Origin: Dehalococcoidia bacterium
GTDB lineage: Bacteria; Chloroflexota; Dehalococcoidia; Dehalococcoidales; SURF-40
Direction: 5' to 3'
Assembly: GCA_003599745.1 (NCBI GenBank)
Contig: QZJL01000029.1
Location: forward strand, 1-48,334
DNA: 48,334 nt
A program made the translations under genes and the position numbers. The notes under the pieces were generated by a model. It saw nothing but the letters and a program-made list of their open reading frames with translations, made no database searches and was not told the DNA's origin. Each line of letters opens with the position of its first letter. The first letter of the stretch is position 1. This document shows positions 46,184 through 48,334 of the stretch, one piece after another.

Positions 46184-48320
46184 GAGATTAGTTATGATAT
46201 CAGAGTTGCCCGAACGCATATCCCGCTTGCAAGAAATGGCAGGCAATCTATGGTGGAGCTGGCACAGTAATGCCCGCCAGATGTTCGCATCACTGGACTT
46301 CCCCCTGTGGCAGCTCACCGGGCAGAACCCGGTCAGGCTGTTGCACGACATCACCCCCTCCCGGTTGCAGGCGGCGGCTAAAGACCCGGCATTTCTGGCG
46401 CGGTATGATGCCGCCATGGCGTCTTTCGACGCCGACATGTCGGTGAGGGAGAGCTGGTTTACGCAAAAATACCCCGACCTGCTGCACGGCCCGGTCGCTT
46501 ACTTTTCCGCGGAGTTTGCCCTGCACGCTTCGCTGCCGATTTACGCCGGGGGCCTGGGCGTGCTGGCCGGCGACACCTGCAAGGAGGCCTGCGACCTGGG
46601 GCTGCCGCTGGTCGGCGTCGGTTTCATGTACCCCCAGGGGTACTTCCAGCAGCACATTTCGGCTGACGGCTGGCAGGAGGAAGCCTATCACCAGCTTGAC
46701 TTTCAGCAGTCGCCCGTCCATCCCGTTCCCTGGCCCGAGGGACAGGGTCCCCTTATCTCTGTCCCGATTGCCGACCGGACGGTTCGTTTCAGCGCCTGGC
46801 AGGTTCTGCTGGGCCGTGTCCGCCTTTATCTGATTGACACCAACGTTGAGGAAAACGCCCCCCGCGACCGCCTGCTTTCGGCACGGCTCTACGCCGCCGA
46901 CCGGGAGCACCGTCTCCAGCAGGAAATCCTGCTGGGCATCGGCGGCGTCCGCCTGCTGCGGGCACTGGGTATCTCGCCCTCCATCTGGCATGCCAACGAA
47001 GGGCACACCGCCTTCATGTTTTTAGAACGCGCCCGGGAAGAGGTGGCGAAGGGAACGACATTTACCGAAGCGGCCAGGCGCATTCAGGCAAACAGCGTCT
47101 TCACCACGCACACGCCGGTGCCGGCGGGCCACGATGCTTTTTCCCGGGACCTGATGGACAAATATTTCGGTAACTACCGGGAGTCGCTGGGTATCAGCCG
47201 GGACGACTTCCTGGCGCTTGGCGGGACGAACGGCGCGACGGACGAAGATTTTAATATGACAGCGCTGTCGCTGAAGATGTCCGGCTATCGCTGCGGGGTA
47301 AGCCAGCTTCACGGCGAGGTGACGCGGCGGATGTGGCATATCCTCTGGCCGGATGTCAGAGAGAACAAGGTGCCGATTTGCCACGTCACCAACGGGGTGC
47401 ACGTGCCCACGTGGCTGGCGCCGGAGCTTTACCGGCTGCTGGAAAAACATATGGGGCCCGACCTGCTGAAGAAGCAGGATGACCCCCGGTTCTGGAAGGC
47501 CATTGACGATATACCGGACGAAGAGTTCTGGGCGGTCAGGCAGGCGCTCAAGAATAAGCTGGTTTATATTATTGACCAGCGTGCCCGGCGCCTGTGGGCT
47601 GACCACGGGGTGACCGCCGAGCAGGTCATCGCCGCCGGTTCCCTGTTCGATAGCGGGGCGCTCACCATCGGCTTTGTCCGGCGCTTTGCCGAGTATAAGC
47701 GGCCGGCGCTGGTCTTTTATGACTTGGAGCGTCTCAAGCGCATCCTGACCGACCGCTGGCGGCCGGTGCAGATAATCTTCGCCGGCAAGTCGCACCCGGC
47801 GGACCTGGCTTCCAAGCACCTTCTCCAGCAGGTCTATAACCTGGTCAAAGACCGCGGTTTCCGGGGACACGTTGCCTTCATCGAAAACTATGATATGCGC
47901 TGCGCCCGTTACCTGGTGCAGGGGGTTGACATCTGGCTGAACAACCCCCGCCGCCACCAGGAGGCCAGCGGCACCAGCGGCATGAAGGCGGCCATCAACG
48001 GTGTCCCCCATCTCAGTGTCCTCGACGGCTGGTGGCCGGAGGGATTCAACGGCAAAAACGGCTGGACCATCGGCGAGAAAGAGACAAGTCCCGATGCCGA
48101 GGACGCCGCCGATGCCGGCTCGCTCTACCAGCTCCTTGAAGAAAAGATAGTGCCGCTATACTACGAGCGTGACCGCCAGGGGGTGCCCCATGGCTGGATT
48201 AAGGTCGCCAAGAGCGCCGTCAATTCGGTAATGCCCGCCTTCTGCGCCCGGAGGATGCTCAAGGAGTACGTAAGCCGGATGTACTGCCCGGCGGCGGCGG
48301 GGCAGTGCGCTCTGGACTAG
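46182..48320 (+). CDS. glgP: Alpha-glucan phosphorylase (GT35, short maltodextrin/glycogen phosphorylase type)
   Basis: FSAEFALHASLPIYAGGLGVLAGD, ANEGHTAF, FARRFAEYKR-like (VRRFAEYKRPAL), PLP-Lys motif EASGTSGMKAAINGV. The start may be ATG 46194. Confidence 0.9.
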   Translation: MRLVMISELPERISRLQEMAGNLWWSWHSNARQMFASLDFPLWQLTGQNPVRLLHDITPSRLQAAAKDPAFLARYDAAMASFDADMSVRESWFTQKYPDLLHGPVAYFSAEFALHASLPIYAGGLGVLAGDTCKEACDLGLPLVGVGFMYPQGYFQQHISADGWQEEAYHQLDFQQSPVHPVPWPEGQGPLISVPIADRTVRFSAWQVLLGRVRLYLIDTNVEENAPRDRLLSARLYAADREHRLQQEILLGIGGVRLLRALGISPSIWHANEGHTAFMFLERAREEVAKGTTFTEAARRIQANSVFTTHTPVPAGHDAFSRDLMDKYFGNYRESLGISRDDFLALGGTNGATDEDFNMTALSLKMSGYRCGVSQLHGEVTRRMWHILWPDVRENKVPICHVTNGVHVPTWLAPELYRLLEKHMGPDLLKKQDDPRFWKAIDDIPDEEFWAVRQALKNKLVYIIDQRARRLWADHGVTAEQVIAAGSLFDSGALTIGFVRRFAEYKRPALVFYDLERLKRILTDRWRPVQIIFAGKSHPADLASKHLLQQVYNLVKDRGFRGHVAFIENYDMRCARYLVQGVDIWLNNPRRHQEASGTSGMKAAINGVPHLSVLDGWWPEGFNGKNGWTIGEKETSPDAEDAADAGSLYQLLEEKIVPLYYERDRQGVPHGWIKVAKSAVNSVMPAFCARRMLKEYVSRMYCPAAAGQCALD

Positions 48321-48334
48321 CGGCGAACGGTGGG

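Overview
This is a 48.3-kb high-GC bacterial chromosomal segment. Its gene content suggests an anaerobic Chloroflexota/Dehalococcoidia-like organism, but that taxonomic call is only inference. No searches were run; every call rests on motifs read from the supplied translations and the DNA.

Most of the window is tightly packed housekeeping:
- eno (5' partial), a CetZ/tubulin-like GTPase, dnaX-ybaB-recR, an HNH nuclease wedged before recO, lysS, serS, a CDF metal exporter and tRNA-Ser(UGA).
- On the minus strand, a co-directional string nfi-prfB-MA peptidase-orphan peptide-binding lipoprotein. prfB needs a programmed +1 frameshift that the ORF track cannot show.
- A complete F-type ATP synthase operon (atpZ-like, B, E, F, H, A, G, D, C), rpsP plus a KH protein, UDG family 4, RNase J, FtsK and an ABC-2 exporter.
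- A six-gene minus-strand operon, mvhD-metV-metF plus three glutamate-synthase-like genes, followed by an alpha-glucan phosphorylase.

The main candidate for a novel system is a clearly AT-richer island at about 23.75-31.1 kb. It forms one plus-strand operon:
- an HTH-REC regulator;
- a 76-aa peptide with an NHLP/Nif11-like leader and a single Trp near the C-terminus;
- a polyprenyl-synthase homologue translationally coupled to that peptide;
- a histidine kinase with about 10 TM segments, whose stop is a single in-frame TAG directly followed by a REC domain;
- a type-1 IPP isomerase coupled to a radical-SAM/SPASM-like enzyme;
- a REC-kinase hybrid.

I read this as a ComQXPA-like prenylated-peptide signalling or RiPP system, outside Bacillus and with extra maturation genes.

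Other notable points:
- The tubulin-signature CetZ-like gene sits in a bacterial context.
- The AT-rich SRA-like/HNH nuclease is inserted between recR and recO.
- MetFV-MvhD is linked to glutamate-synthase-like flavo/FeS proteins rather than to Hdr.
- A 16-nt direct repeat brackets a small membrane-protein ORF at the eno 3' end.
- Three SD-preceded micro-ORFs fall below the ORF-track cutoff.
- Several promoters appear to drive leaderless transcripts.
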